From contig NC_058368.1 of the NCBI RefSeq assembly GCF_018350175.1, positions 61,940,001 to 62,004,000 of the forward strand: a stretch of DNA of 64,000 nt, in the 5' to 3' direction. The DNA is from Felis catus (lineage: Eukaryota). Of the stretch, positions 49,225 through 62,933 are shown piece by piece (positions within the stretch are counted from its first letter, which is position 1; each line of letters begins with the position of its first letter). The position numbers and the translations under genes were made by a program. The notes under the pieces are model-generated. The model was given only the letters and a program-made list of their open reading frames with translations, had not been told where the DNA came from and did not search any database.

Positions 49225-51597
49225 TACAATATTATGATTTTAAGGTATCTTGTACTCACTGTAAAATTACTTATCTGCACATAGTTTAGCTCTCAGAAAC
49301 CAGTGTCTGGGTATCAAAAATACATTTCCAAAAGATTGGTTGACAATAGGCTATCGGTAATGCAGTGTCAAAAAGTTGAGGAGAAACATTTGTAAATATT
49401 CATTGTCTACAATGGTGGATCCTCTCTTGGGTAGGAAATTAGTTGTTTAGAAAAAATCACTTGTCTGCTTTTCTAAATGGTAAAGATCATGTTGTATGCT
49501 TACTCAAATAATAATTTCATTATGAATATTTTTGAAACTGTTAAGTATTTTATGTACATATGATTTCTAAAATGCTAAAAAATATTTTGTATAGAATTAT
49601 TATGCTGTTATTAGACTCAAAATTGATATTTAGCCATGTTTATCATTACATCAACAATAAATTTCTACCCGAATCTCTTTGCAATTTTTGTAGGATTATC
49701 TGCACTATTCTTTTTAATTACAATGTTCGTATGCATTACTCCTTGGCTATTTTACTTCTAATTAGGTTTATTTGGAAAAGCTGATTACATGCTATTCATT
49801 TTCTTACACTTACCATTTAATCACAACAGATTTTCAGTGAACCAAGAGGCAGACATTCCGATAATAAATGTATCATAAAACCTAGAAGTTAAGCATTGGC
49901 AATGTATTTTTCAGTGTTCTGTCAGATTTATGGGTTATTCTGTTATTTTTAACCTCTGTATATAATTTATAAATATTTTTGCTCATATTCTATAAAATAT
50001 AATGAACATTCATGTTGAGCAAGCATGTATACTCCATATGGTTTCCTGTTAGATTCATTTTGTTGCACTGAGAGATTAAAGCACTAAGAGATGATTATTG
50101 CTTTACACATAATAAAAGGACATCGGCCATCATCATAATATCCATCAACACAATAGCACATTGAGCTTCTATAAATATGTAGCGCCCTGCTGGCAATCCA
50201 TAAACCAAATTATATAGCCTAGTCCCCAGTACTCTATAAACTTATGATCACTGACAAAAACATGCCACTATAACCCAACCAACAAACACGAATAAAGATA
50301 AACTTTTAGAACATACATAAATACCAATAATGATCACCACTAAACCAACGCTCAGTAAGGTAGAATTGTTTATTACACCAGAATATAAAAGAAATAAAAT
50401 CAAAAGCTAATTCCATTCTATTTTTATGAATTCCTTAATTAACTTTATGAAATCCTTAATTAACTTGACTGGCCAGCTCAGGATGAGGAAAGCAAGAATA
50501 TTCGGGTTGCATAAATGATATAAAGCGCTTCACATTTTTTTCTATTCAGCTAAGATGCTGTTTGATTATCAAATAAAACCTGCACCTTAACAAAGCTTTC
50601 AAGAATTCTTCTATTTTTCCATTTATCTCTTGCAATTGAGAGAACAAAAACCATGCTCACACACTCTCCTGCATAAGGAATAGTTGCCTTATGTGGCTTG
50701 TCAGGCACTTTCAAAGAAGCTGAATACTTAGAAATGTAAATAATGAACACTCCTTGCAAATCTAAGGTATCTTCGTACGTGGTTGCTTTTGTTGACTAAT
50801 GCAGTTCCACATGTGAAAATGAGTGTTCAAAGCTCATCAAACAATCCAGTATTGTTGTTTTAAGAAGATAACTTTGCATATTCTATAGATTTATCAGTAG
50901 GCTTCATTTATTAAGATTTATGAGCTATACCTAATGCCAAAAAGAATATTAGCATTCATGTTTTATAATTATATCAACTCTCTCATGTCAAAGAAATCAG
51001 GTAATGTGTATATAAGAAGATGTTGTTAGCTGACACCCTCCTGGAATAGGAGAAAATTAGGTGGGTTTCCTCCCTTCTGCCCACTGTAAATCTACCTGGT
51101 CTTTGACATAAGCTTTTGTTTGGAAAATAAAGCCCTTTAACAGATCATTATTTACAAAATATGGTATTTTTATTAAATGTAGACAAAAATTCCTTCCTTC
51201 AGAGATTTGGGGGAAAATTAATTGAGCACATACATGTAATTAATCATCTAGCCCATGCTTGTATTCAAATATTTTCAAAAAATATTAATCTTTTTGCCTT
51301 CTCATATTCTTTTCTCCAACCAATTAGTTCAATCATATTAATAATAATCAAGTTCTTTAGAACTCAGAAAAAAAGCAGAAAAATATTAGAACTAATGTTT
51401 ATATTATTATACTATTACACAAAAGTCAATTTTATTAAAAACATTCTTTCTAGTGAATTTTTTTGACTTTTCCCTGTTTTCTAGAACAGAAGAACTATAA
51501 CTTACATTATTTAAATAAAATACACAAAAATAGAAGAGAATTTTATAGAGGAAATTAAATGGTATGTAGTTTTATGTTAATACAGAAATACGTGCCT

Positions 51598-51810
51598 GGG
51601 GTGCCTGGGTGTCTCAGTTGGTTAAGCAACTGACTTTGGCTCAGGTCAGGATCTCACGGTTCATGGGTTTAAGCCTGCATCGAGCTCTGTGGTGCCATCC
51701 TGGAAACTGGAGCCTGCTTCAGATTCTGTGTCTGCGTCTCTCTCTCTCTCCCTCTCCCACTCACGCTCTGTCTCTGTTAAGTGAATAAACACTTAAAATT
51801 TTTTGTTTAA
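51598..51810 (+). mobile_element. CanSINE
   Basis: GGGGTGCCTGGGTGTCTCAG head, CTGGAAACTGGAGCC variant, CT-rich tail. Confidence 0.92.
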
Positions 51811-51977
51811 AAAGAGAAATATATTCCCAATCGGTAGCCAAACCAAAAGATCCTCTGCCCAACAAAATATATAATAAAGGCCTCTCCATGTCAGATGCAA
51901 AATAAGTAATAAGAGAAAAACATAGAGACTCAGGCAACTAAACAATAATCAGCCATGGTAAGAAAAGAAGGAGATGA

Positions 51978-52140
51978 GGGGCACTTGAGTGATTCAATAG
52001 GTTAAGCATCTGCCTCTTGGTTTTGGCTCAGGTCACGATCTCGCAGTTCTTGAGTTCCAGCCCCCCATTTGGCTCTGTGCTGATGGTGTGAGCCTGCTTG
52101 GGATTCTCTCTCCCCCCTTCTTTCTTTCTCTGCCCCCACA

Positions 52141-52174
<34 letters not shown>

Positions 52175-52230
52175 AAAATAAATAAGCTTAAAGTAAGCAA
52201 ACACGCAAACAAAAAGAAAACAAAAATGAA
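51978..52230 (+). mobile_element. CanSINE (older variant)
   Basis: GGGGCACTTGAGTG head, GAGCCTGCTTGGGATTCTCTC, (CT)n and A-rich tail. Confidence 0.92.
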
Positions 52231-53150
52231 AAGAGGGAGATAGCATCCACAGGTTGTAAGGACCTAGAATAAATACTATGTTGGAAGAAAACAAACCTTC
52301 TTGGGAATTTGGTACACAAAGAAGGTTTAGAGAAAATGAACTTTGACTTGATCTTATGCCTGGATTGGGATTTTTTTCCAGTTATTAACAAGCATTTAGC
52401 CTAAGGAAGTGACACAAATGAGAAAGGTTTGGGTAAGGCAGCGGAAGTGTTACTGAGGAATATCTTTAAGATAAGAATGAGCAAAAGGAGGCCAAACTGG
52501 GATACAAAAGGCCCCTTTAGCTAAGTGTTCTTAGATATCAAAAATGAAGAAATTTGGGAATTTATGTATTAATTTTACTTGGATCCTCTATGCTTTTTAA
52601 TATGTTATCCCCCCCAAAAAAGAATCATGGTTATCATTATAGATATGATTTGTCATTTTCATTTATTTATTTCTTTAGAAATATTTATCTTAAGTAAATA
52701 TTCTAGGCATTATTAAATATAGAGTAAGAATATTATCACAGCCCAGATTATGGTTAACAGAACAAAAGTAAGCAACTTCAATTAAAGGAACTATATAGTG
52801 ACCTAAAAGTGTAAAGGGCATGGGAAATATAATTATGAATGATAAATAAATTAACCCCTAAGTATATATGGTCTCCCAGAGAAAATTAAATATGTGCTTA
52901 TGAAATATAATAGAAGTTTAAAATTATGTTTCTGAGTATAAAGATATGATGCAGTCAGTTCAACTACACACTTGTTTTGAAAATGTGGGCTTATTCCAAC
53001 ATGATTGATATATTAGGGATAATTTGAGCGTAATGCAAGTTTTATGTTTGCTTATGTGTGATTTTGTTCATGAGAAACACTAGCTGAATGCAGGAAATTA
53101 CATCTAGTTACATGAATCAAGACATGTAAGGATATAAAAAATGCACAAAA

Positions 53151-53152
<2 letters not shown>

Positions 53153-53183
<31 letters not shown>
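53153..53183. repeat. (CA)n microsatellite
   Basis: About 15 CA units. Confidence 0.97.
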
Positions 53184-53187
<4 letters not shown>

Positions 53188-55244
53188 CAGACATCTGCTA
53201 TGAACTACTTCAGTTCCATCCTGTTTTGTGTAACTCCTTTTCCATCATTTCACATCCATCAATGCCCAATCCATACCGGTCTTTTTCAAGATAAAGTGAC
53301 ATTCTAATATTTATCTAGCACTTAATCATCTAAGATTTGTAAAACTGTGCTACTATATTTATTATGCTCTTATCTTTTATTGCGTTTGTATCACTGAGGA
53401 ATGTCTTGAGTATTTTGTCTCAACCTTATTTTCCCCTTAAACCCTGTGGATTTATTGGACAATTCTGCATAGTGAAGTGCTATTTAGGAACACATATGTC
53501 ACCTTATACTAGAACAGACTGTATTAGAAAGCCCAAAGAAATAACATTGTCATAGACTGAGTCAGAAAAGTCTGTAATATTGTATGTTTGAATACAATAC
53601 TTGAATAAAGGCTGTGGAGAAATAAAAAAAAGGAAGAGACATTTCTGTATTTCCAGTGACAGAAAACGGGAAAACAGAAGGCACAAAGAGAGAAAGCACA
53701 TGGCATGCACATTGAAAAGCAAGGAAGTAAGCTGGTTTGGGCTAAAGATTACATCAATTGAAAAAGAAATAAGGAATTATTTGTAGTGAAAATATCTTGA
53801 GAAGAAGATGTACTGTATTTTAATGACCATATTAAAATACATTATTTTTTTGTCTCAAAACACATAAAGCAAGGAAGATGAAAGCATTTCCTTTCCATGT
53901 CATAGTGTATTATTTCATAGGCCAAACTAAGGATTACTTCATTCTTTAGGAATCCCAGACATTATGAGGTTTAAAGCAGAATATTGTTTGCTAGAACCTC
54001 AAATATATAGTAGAAAGATAATCTAAGATTGTGTTTCCCTGAAGTACCGTTTTACAATTCTTGAAGGAATTGAAGTGTTCTTAGGTTGTTTAACAGAGAG
54101 TTAATATGATGAATCCTTTTTTACATAAGGGTAGACTTTTATTCCCAAATTCAGGATGGTCCCTTTATTTCTGTAGGTTTCTATTCCTGCCCAGGTCCCC
54201 TTGAACAGGAACATTAGTGGTTGCCACATTTTAATCATGTCTGACAGGTGCAGGAGCTCTTTTTGGTTAGTTTCCTGGCTTTAGTTAATGGTACGCCTTT
54301 TGAAAATTAGCTGTAATTTGCTCATTCTCTTTCCATCTTTTCTTCATCCCTTTGAAGGAGGCTCACTTCAAACAGCAAGAACAGAACACTAAAACAGGTT
54401 GGACTGGCAATCAATGAAGGTTCATACCGCATTCCACCTGAGACCTTTAGGAAATTAATGAATTTAATTTTTATGAATTATTTTGACAAATTTGAAATGA
54501 GTATCTGCAATGTAATGGGAAATGTGATTAGGGCTGTGATTTTCACATGGCGCATAATACGCTTTCTCTTCTCAAGGATAGTATCTGTAAAAAGATGGGG
54601 CTGGATCCTACCTCAGTTTCCTTTGAGTTTGATTGGCACAGCATTTACAACAGTATCATTCATTATGACTGCTATTTTGCCTTAATGACCACTTATTGCC
54701 AAGTTTAATAATGATAATAAAATTTAGTTTAAATTTTTGACAAATTATAGACCTAGAACCTAGATTATGCCGTGGGACTATTTTAATTAATGCAATTCTG
54801 GAAATCATAGATTCTGAAGAAGATATTGTATAATACATGTTTAAATGACTCTATTAAATCAGAGCTATGACAATTACAATTGCATAAAAATAAACATTCA
54901 AATCATATATTTCTACTATTTAAGAAAATGTATGGGGAATACTTATGATTTGCATTCTTAAATAATTTAAAATTATTTATATTAAGTAAATAAAAATCCA
55001 CTTTAAATAATATATCAATGTTCAATTATATTTTAGAAACAAAGAAGTAAAGTCCATTTTTTTTCTTCAAACATTCCATTTTGCTTCAGTGTTTTGCACA
55101 TTGCAAAGTATCATGCAATATATTGGAATACTAATGACATTCTATAGTATCAAATCTATAAAAGGCTTTTTATCACCATTTCTATCACTTTAAACATATG
55201 CTAAGATATAATAGTTTTTAATTTGTTATTTAATAGACAGGTTT

Positions 55245-55451
55245 AAAAAAATTAACGTTTATTTATTTTTGAGACAGAGAGAGAGTATGAACGGGGTGGG
55301 TCAGAGAGAGAGGGAGATGCAGAATCTGAAACAGGCTCCAGGCTCTGAGCTGTCAGCACAGAGCCCGAGGTGGGGCTCAAACCCACGAACTGTGAGATCG
55401 TGACCTGAGCTGAAGTCGGACGCTTAGCGGACTGAGCCACCCAGGCACCCC
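55245..55451 (-). mobile_element. CanSINE (SINEC_Fc)
   Basis: Full inverse body ending GAGCCACCCAGGCACCCC. Confidence 0.95.
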
Positions 55452-56685
55452 AACAGATTTTTTTTTTTAAATACCAACTATGTAATAAAGATCCTTCTTC
55501 ACTTTGGGACTACCTTAGTGAACAAGAAACCAGTTATAAGAATCTAGTGGTTGGTCAGAAAAATGGATAATATTCAATCAAATGACTGCTCTGATACGTG
55601 CTGGCACAGATTCTTAAGGGAATACATACCAGTGACAACTAACCCAGTCGTGGGAAGATCTTTTAAGATGTCACAGAAAAGTACCTTTTAAGCTATAACT
55701 TAAGAAAGTCACGGAAGGAACAAGAGAAACTCCCAGGGAGATAAAAGCATAGAAACCCAGAGGTATGCATATTCTATGGAATCCTGCAAAGCTTATTTCA
55801 TTTATGTATTATTTTACCTATATTTTAAGTTTCTATCAGTTGACAAAATGTCTCAATTGTCTTTATTAAACCAAATCACACTGGGGTTAATATTATTTCC
55901 TCAGCATCTTATGATTTTTTAAAAAGTGCAGAATGACTTGTGAGAGATTGCATGATCAGGGAAGTTTTCTCAATCTCATAATTTAATCTCTAGTGTAAAA
56001 ATAATCTAGTTTTAAAACTGTTTTAATTTCTTTAAAATTTTAAAAAATAATCAAAACAATATAGATTAAGTCCTAGAGTTTTGCTAATTGACTGAAGATT
56101 AATATGTTACATTATACACTGATATCATGAAACTTTCTCTGAATGTTCCATATCTAAATAAAATATTTAAGCAGATCAGTAGTTGATGTTTGTTTTGTGA
56201 AGGCGGTTGGAGTTCGATATAAATATTCTGTTACACTTCGCTGCAGTTTTCAAATAAATGGACCTCTGTCTGTTTTTCCTTTGCTCATCGCTGAAAAAAG
56301 CCTAAGTGGATCTTTTAATAAGTTTGGGAAATATTTTTTGATGGATCTTATCTAAATATATACTTTGAGCATATGAAAATTTTATTTTGGGTGCTCAATG
56401 TGGCACACCAAAGGTAGAGGCAATCTTCACTTAGCTTCTAAAAAAGGTGATTGTAAGGAAAAATGCATGTGTCAGATTGATCAGGAGATTGAGCAGGAGA
56501 TTTGTCCAAGTTAGTGGACAGAGAAAACCAACATTGGTTTTGTAATATAAGCCTTGAATCAAAAGAAACAAGGGCAAATCCCTCTAGACTATAGATATTG
56601 ATTACTTCTATAGATGCTTCTTACATAGGCAACTCTATTATTTTCCAAAGTTCATAGTAGCATTAATTAATATATAAATATATTA

Positions 56686-56686
<1 letters not shown>

Positions 56687-56726
<40 letters not shown>

Positions 56727-56782
56727 TATACATATAAATGCATATGTCACTGGCACTTCTGTAAACACTGGGTTTGGACCAA

Positions 56783-56845
<63 letters not shown>
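56687..56845. repeat. Compound microsatellites (TA)n(CA)n and (GTCT)n(CT)n(TA)n
   Basis: Directly visible at 56687-56730 and 56783-56845. Confidence 0.95.
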
Positions 56846-57704
56846 CTGTGATTAATCATTCCTTGTAGACAGTCCTAGAGAAAGCTCCTTAGTTACTTTG
56901 TTTAAAATTAGTAGAAAATAAAAGTTTTTGAAACTGTTGAGAAGAAATATAAATATTAGAAATCTAATTCAGTTGAAACAAATTTGTAAGTAATTAAAGG
57001 TGAAAAAAACTTAAATTTCATCTTCAGATGAAACATGCATGGGACTTCAGCTCATCTGCTTTGTATTGGAGTATTAAGAAAAGATAAAAACTAATGACAA
57101 TGTCTAAATTATAATTTATGTTGATTAATTTTGTAATTGTGACTCACTGCGTATGACTCAGATTCCTCTTAGCTAGAGAACATCTACAATTAGACAAGCA
57201 TTCATTCTATTTTTTAGAATATATTTTAGGAATATACTGGGTAACAAGTAAAAATTTGACTCTATTTTATTGACATCTATGTCAAGCAGAATACTGGCAT
57301 GGATGAAGAGAACCAGAGATAAGGTGCCCAGCTTGATTTAAGCTGCTGAAATCGCGATTTTACTGGCAAGACATGATCTGCCTGCTGTTTTCAGTCAGGT
57401 GCCAAGGATACTCTGTGGCAGGATAGTTTCCATTTTAGAAGCTAGCTATTTCTTTAATTATAAAAGAGCATCTGTGTTGTAACAGAATTTGTGATGAATT
57501 TATATTCCAAAAACCTGAATCCAGGAGGGAATGGTGTAATTTACTAATCATTAGATATTAAGTAAATCATATAACATTTGGTTCTGTCTTCACCTGCGCA
57601 AAATGGTGTATGAATAATCGTACTGAAAAGCTTCAATGAAATCATTATAGAAAGGCAAGAGGGAAATAGGAAATGGTGTCTCCTCCCATTTCAGACTGTT
57701 CCCT

Positions 57705-58102
57705 TCTCCAAACACACGGCCCCCTCACTGTTCTTTGAATATCCCAGGCTATAGACAGCAGGGCTTTGACGCTTGCTTTTCTGTCTGCTGCTAACAAATG
57801 TGCACCCTACAGGTCTCTACTCCAAAGTCATTTACTCAGTGTTGTTTTTTGATCAAAGATTTCACCCCACCCCACACACATTTCCTACCCTCCTTTCAAG
57901 CTTTCTTTTTATTTTAGAATTTACTTATCTGTAATATCTTAATATTTTATTTATTCCTCCTTTCATGGTCTCCCCCAGGTTGAACATAAACTGTATGAAA
58001 GTAATGAATGTTGTGTATTTGTTGACTCTCTGAACCCGGTGTTTGGAGAAGTGCCAGTGACATAGTATAAAGGCTTAAAATGTTTTACTCATGAATGAAT
58101 AA
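57705..58102 (+). mobile_element. L2 LINE 3' end
   Basis: CTCACTGTTCTTTGAATA, CAGGGCTTTG..CTTGCT, AGTGCCAGTGACATAGT, terminal ATGAATGAATAA. Confidence 0.7.
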
Positions 58103-58859
58103 GTGCCATATGGGTGCTAAATTTTTTTCTGTTATTAAAATGAAAAAAAAATTCAATGTTTTTAAGTGAGTAACTGTTCCCTTTTATTTTTATATTTGTA
58201 AGGTGAAAGTGAAGGATATTAATTAAAGAAAACAGAGAAATTTTAGTGGCCAAGAAAAAATGACAAATATTATTGTTTCATGCTGTCCTCTCTCTTGGTG
58301 GCAGCTTCCTGGAGCACTATGCTGAAGAAATTTGTCATCCTGGATAAGACAAAAAGACTTTAATAAATTAAAATATCTGCCTTTGGATCTGGGGTTGGGG
58401 GTGGGCATCAAATGAGTGATAGTCTTTGTGCATGCCCATAGTAAATATTTCCAGAAATTTTATCAGTAGATACTTGGAAATATAATGTCACAGATTAATT
58501 GGTTTAACATAATCTACCTAACCTGGTCAAGTGCTGGTCACTTAGGTTCTTTAACTCAGTGACAATTCCAGTCCCCATCTAGAGAAAAATGTCTGCTTAC
58601 TCGGTGATCAAATCAGAGCCTGGTAGAGCCCCTAAAACTTCCACAGGCTATTGTATAAGGGAAATTAACAACAGAACTTGTAAAACATAAAGTAATTGAT
58701 ACAATAAAAATTGTGGGTTCTCAGAATGCACATAAGTTTTTGGAATAGTTTGAGCAGTTAGATGCTTGGAATAAAACATATGCAATGCCCAGAGCTAGAA
58801 TTAGTTGTCTGCACAGTTAGAACATTAAGTTTATGGAGGTTTTTTTTTTTTTTTTCTGT

Positions 58860-60007
58860 TAAGAATGAAAGGCTGATAGACTGGGAGAGACTATTTGTAA
58901 ATGTCATTTCTTATAAAGAACTACTATCCAAATATACAAAGAACATTTAAAACTCAATATTATGAAATGAGCAACTCAACTGAAAATTGAGCAAGAGACC
59001 TGAAATGACCTAGCAACCAAGATAGGCATATGGCAAATAGGCTTATGAAAATATGCTCTACATCATATATTATCAGGGACATAAGAATTTAAAAAAAATG
59101 AGATACAATTGTGTACCTCTAAGAATGGCCAAAATCCCAAACCCTAACAAAACAAATGCTGGGTAGAGTGTGGAGCAACAGGAACTCTTATCCACTGCCG
59201 GTGGGAATGTAAAATGGTACAGGTACTTTGGAAGACAGTTGGCAGGTTTTTTTTTTGTTGTTATTGCTGTTTTGTTTTGTTTTGGTTTGATTTTATAAAA
59301 CTAAACATACTCTTGCCATATGGTCCAGCATTTGTGCTCCTTGCTTTTACCCAAATGAGTTGAAAATTTATGTCCCATAAAAATCTGCACACAGATGTTT
59401 AAAGCAGCTTTATTCATAACTGCCAAAACTTGGAAACAACCAAGATGCCCTTCAGTAGGTGAATGGATAAATGAACTGTGGTACATCCAGGTAATGGAGT
59501 AATATTTAGTGTTTAAAAGAAATGAGCTATCAAGCCATGAAAAGACACAGACAAACTTTAAATGCATATCACTAAGTGAAGGAAGCCCATCTGAAAATGC
59601 TATATACTGCCTGATTCCAATATATAACACTCTGGAAAAGGCAAAACTATGGAGAAGATATAAAAAAACACTGGTTGCCAGGGATGAGGGAGGAGGGAAA
59701 GAAAAATGGGCAGAACATAGAGGATTTTTAAGGCATTGAAACTATTCTGAATGATGCTATGATTGTAGATACATGTTACTAAATTTTTGTCAAAAATCCA
59801 TTGAATGTATAACACCAAGAATAAGTTCTAATGCAAATTAAGGACTTTAGGTCATAATGACATCCAGTGTAGGTTCATCAGTTGTAACAAATGTCCCTCT
59901 CTGGTGTAGGGCAGTGGAGAGTAGAGAGCAGGGGAAACCTCAACTTTCTACTCAGAATTTCTGTGAACCTAAAACTGCTCTAAAAAATAGGTTGTATTAA
60001 AAAAAAT
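58860..60007 (+). mobile_element. L1MC1-like 3' end (ORF2 3' remnant plus 3' UTR)
   Basis: ORF2-like DWERLFVN, AAGCCATGAAAAGAC, ends CTGTGAACCTAAAACTGCTCTAAAAAATA plus A tail. Confidence 0.88.
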
Positions 60008-60496
60008 CATCTAGATCCCATTTTATGTCCTTATGTCAGAGAATTTAAAGAGGAAAAATTGGCCTGGCAACTGTTTTTTATCCACTTTTAAATTCACAGA
60101 AAACCTTTATATTTCACTTAGACCACATTAATTCAGTTCTGCTCCTTTCAAATGCATGACAATCAAGCTGGACTGAAAACTACTTTGTAGGCCTACCTTG
60201 CCCCCCTCAAAGAAGGGGTTTTCTAAGTGGAAAAAAAAACTTGAATAGAGAATTCTTATGATCAAAATATTCATCAGTTTTCAGTTATTTTAAGCACTTT
60301 AAGAGAACCATCTGTGCATGGAAGACTGAAATGGTAGAATACAAAACTCTTACCTATATAAGAATACCTTTCTGAAAGTTTGTTTGCTGTGAAACGTTTT
60401 AGTTTTATAGCACTATAAACCTTGTCTTTTAAAATTATCTTTAAAATCAACTAACTTATTTTGCTAAAAGTTTGATTCCTGCCTTCTACAATTTTT

Positions 60497-60620
60497 TTTT
60501 GTTTCGTTTGGGGTTTGGTTTATTTTTTTCACTAGGCTCCATGCTCAGTGTGGGGCTTGAACTCCCAACCCTGAGATCAAGAGTCTCATTCTCTACTGAC
60601 TGAGCCAGCCAAGCACCCCC
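60497..60620 (-). mobile_element. Short old CanSINE
   Basis: CTTGAACTC..ACCCTGAGATCAAGAGT..CTGAGCCAGCC.AGCACCCC; TSD CTACAATTTTT at 60486-60496 and 60623-60633. Confidence 0.88.
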
Positions 60621-61700
60621 TCCTACAATTTTTCAAAACAAATTTTGGTAAGTTTGTAAATAGAATACCTCTTGCTGAAACGATTACTTTTTGTTATACT
60701 TTGAATTACTTCTAACTTTTGCATTATTTAGTTTTAAATATGTATATTGGTCTACCAATTAGAAAAAGAAAACATAATATATCAGGCTTTCAGATCTGTA
60801 AATGTATTCCATACATCAAAAAGCAATTTTCAGTCATGAAGATGAAGTTAAAAAAAAGCAAAACCTCCCCCCATCCCAAAAGAAAAGCCAATTAGGTAAC
60901 TTTAAAATAAACAGCAAATCTAAAAACAGTATAAACAGGGCACCATGCATGTTCATTTTGGGTGATTTTTCTGCCTGAGATATCATGAAGAACAAGTCCA
61001 GTGAATTTGGAATTAAGAATTTGTCTGTCAATGTCCCTTATTAAACAAGCATTGACATTTTTTATTCTTCTAAAAACATTTTTAAGAAGCTCAAATTTTG
61101 GACTATCTGACCTAATGTAAAACTTTTTTTCAAAAATACTTCTGAATGCCTTTTTTTAAATATCACAAATCTACCCCTTCAAACTCTAGCTAACTCTTCT
61201 GGAAAGCTATATAATGATTTTGGATCAAAATTAGTACCATGCTCTGAAGTACCTGGTTATGTTAACCTATGTACTTCCTATATAATACAACAACTTTCCA
61301 GTTTTCTTAATTGTAGTTTTCTTCTTCTTTCATAATGTATCAGATTATGTTTCTGTGTCACATAAAATTAATTTACTTTCATTTATTTCAACTGACATTT
61401 TTAACTAAAAATGCTTTTATTTTTAGTTAGCATTACACATAGACCCAACACCAACTGGATTGTATCTAGGTATTGTTTCCTATTTAAAGAATTGTATATG
61501 TGAATTTGATTAATTTTAGCCTGATATAGTTATGATGAATAAAGAAAATTTATTAGTTAGGATTTGCCAAAAATAATTAATAGTAATAATTAATAATCAT
61601 TAAATTATTTGTTATTGCAATTGTTATCACTTAGTACAAACATAATTTTAAGCAAAGGAAGTGATCATGTGGAACACCTCTTAAGAAAAGATGATTAAGT

Positions 61701-62933
61701 ATGTTTTCACTCATATGTGGATCCTGAGAAACTCAACCGAAGACCAGGGAGGAGGGGAAGGGGGGGAAACAAAAGTTACAAAGAGGGACGGATGCAAACC
61801 ATAAGAGACTCTTAAATACTGAGAACAAACTGAGGGTTGATGGGCAGTGGGGGGGGGGGGTAGGGGAAAGTGGGTGATGAGCTATTGGGACCTCATGAAG
61901 ATAAAAAGCTTCTGCACTGCAAAGGAAATAATCAACAAAAGTAAAAGGCAACCAGCAGAATGCGAAAAGATATTTGCAAATGACATAATGACATATTGGA
62001 TAAAAGGCTCATATCCAGAATCTATAAAGAACTCACCAAACTCCACACCCAAAAAACAATCAAGTGAAGAAATGGGCAGAAGACATGAAGAGACACTTCT
62101 TTAAAGAAGACATCCAGATGGCCAACAGGCACATGAAAAGATGCTCAACATCACTCCTCATCAGGGAAATACAAATCAAAACCACATTGAGATATCACCT
62201 CACGCTAGTTGGAGAAGCTAAAATGAACATATCAGGAGACTATAGATGCTGGAGAGAATGTGGAGAAATGGGAACCCTCTTGCACTGTTGGTGGAAATGC
62301 AAACTGGTGCAGCTGCTCTGGAAAACACTGATGGGGTTCCTCAAAAAAATAAAAAAATAGATCTACCCTAAAACCCAGCAATAGCACTGCTAGGAATTTG
62401 CCCAAGGGGTACAGGAGTGCTGATGCATAGGGGCATCGTACCCCAATGCTTATAGCAGCACTTTCAACAATAGCCAAATTATGGAAAGAGCCTAAATGTC
62501 CATCAACTGACGAATGGATAAAGAAGATGTGGTTTATATATACAATGAAATACTACTTGGCAATGAGAAAGAATGAAATCTGGCCATTTGTAGCAACATG
62601 GATGGAACTGGAGAGTGTTATGCTAAGTGAAATAAGCCATACAGAGAAAGACAGATATCATATGTTTTCACTCATATGTGGATCCTGAGAAACTTAACAG
62701 AAGACTGGGGGGAGGAAAGGGGAGGAAAAAGTTACAGAGAGGAAAGGAGGCAAACCCTAAGAGACTCTTAAATACTGAGAATAAACTGAGGGTTGATGGG
62801 GGTGGGGGAGAGGGGAAAGTGGGTGATGGGCATTGAGGAGGGCACCTGTTGGGATGAGCATTGGGTGTTGTATGGAAACCAATTTGACAATAAATTTCAT
62901 TTAAAAAAAAAGATATATGGAAAAGAAAAAAAA
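61701..62933 (+). mobile_element. 5'-truncated feline L1 (L1_Fc-like) with a duplicated 3' UTR segment at its 5' end
   Basis: ORF2 C-terminal pieces ([58 protein letters not shown], stop at 62688), AATAAA at 62889, A tail; 18-bp TSD AAGAAAAGATGATTAAGT at 61683-61700 and 62934-62951. Confidence 0.97.

Noticed and set aside
50180..50197. CTCF-like TAGCGCCCTGCTGGCA
   Set aside because: Two bases shorter than the CTCF core GCGCCCYCTRSTGG, so the register is broken.
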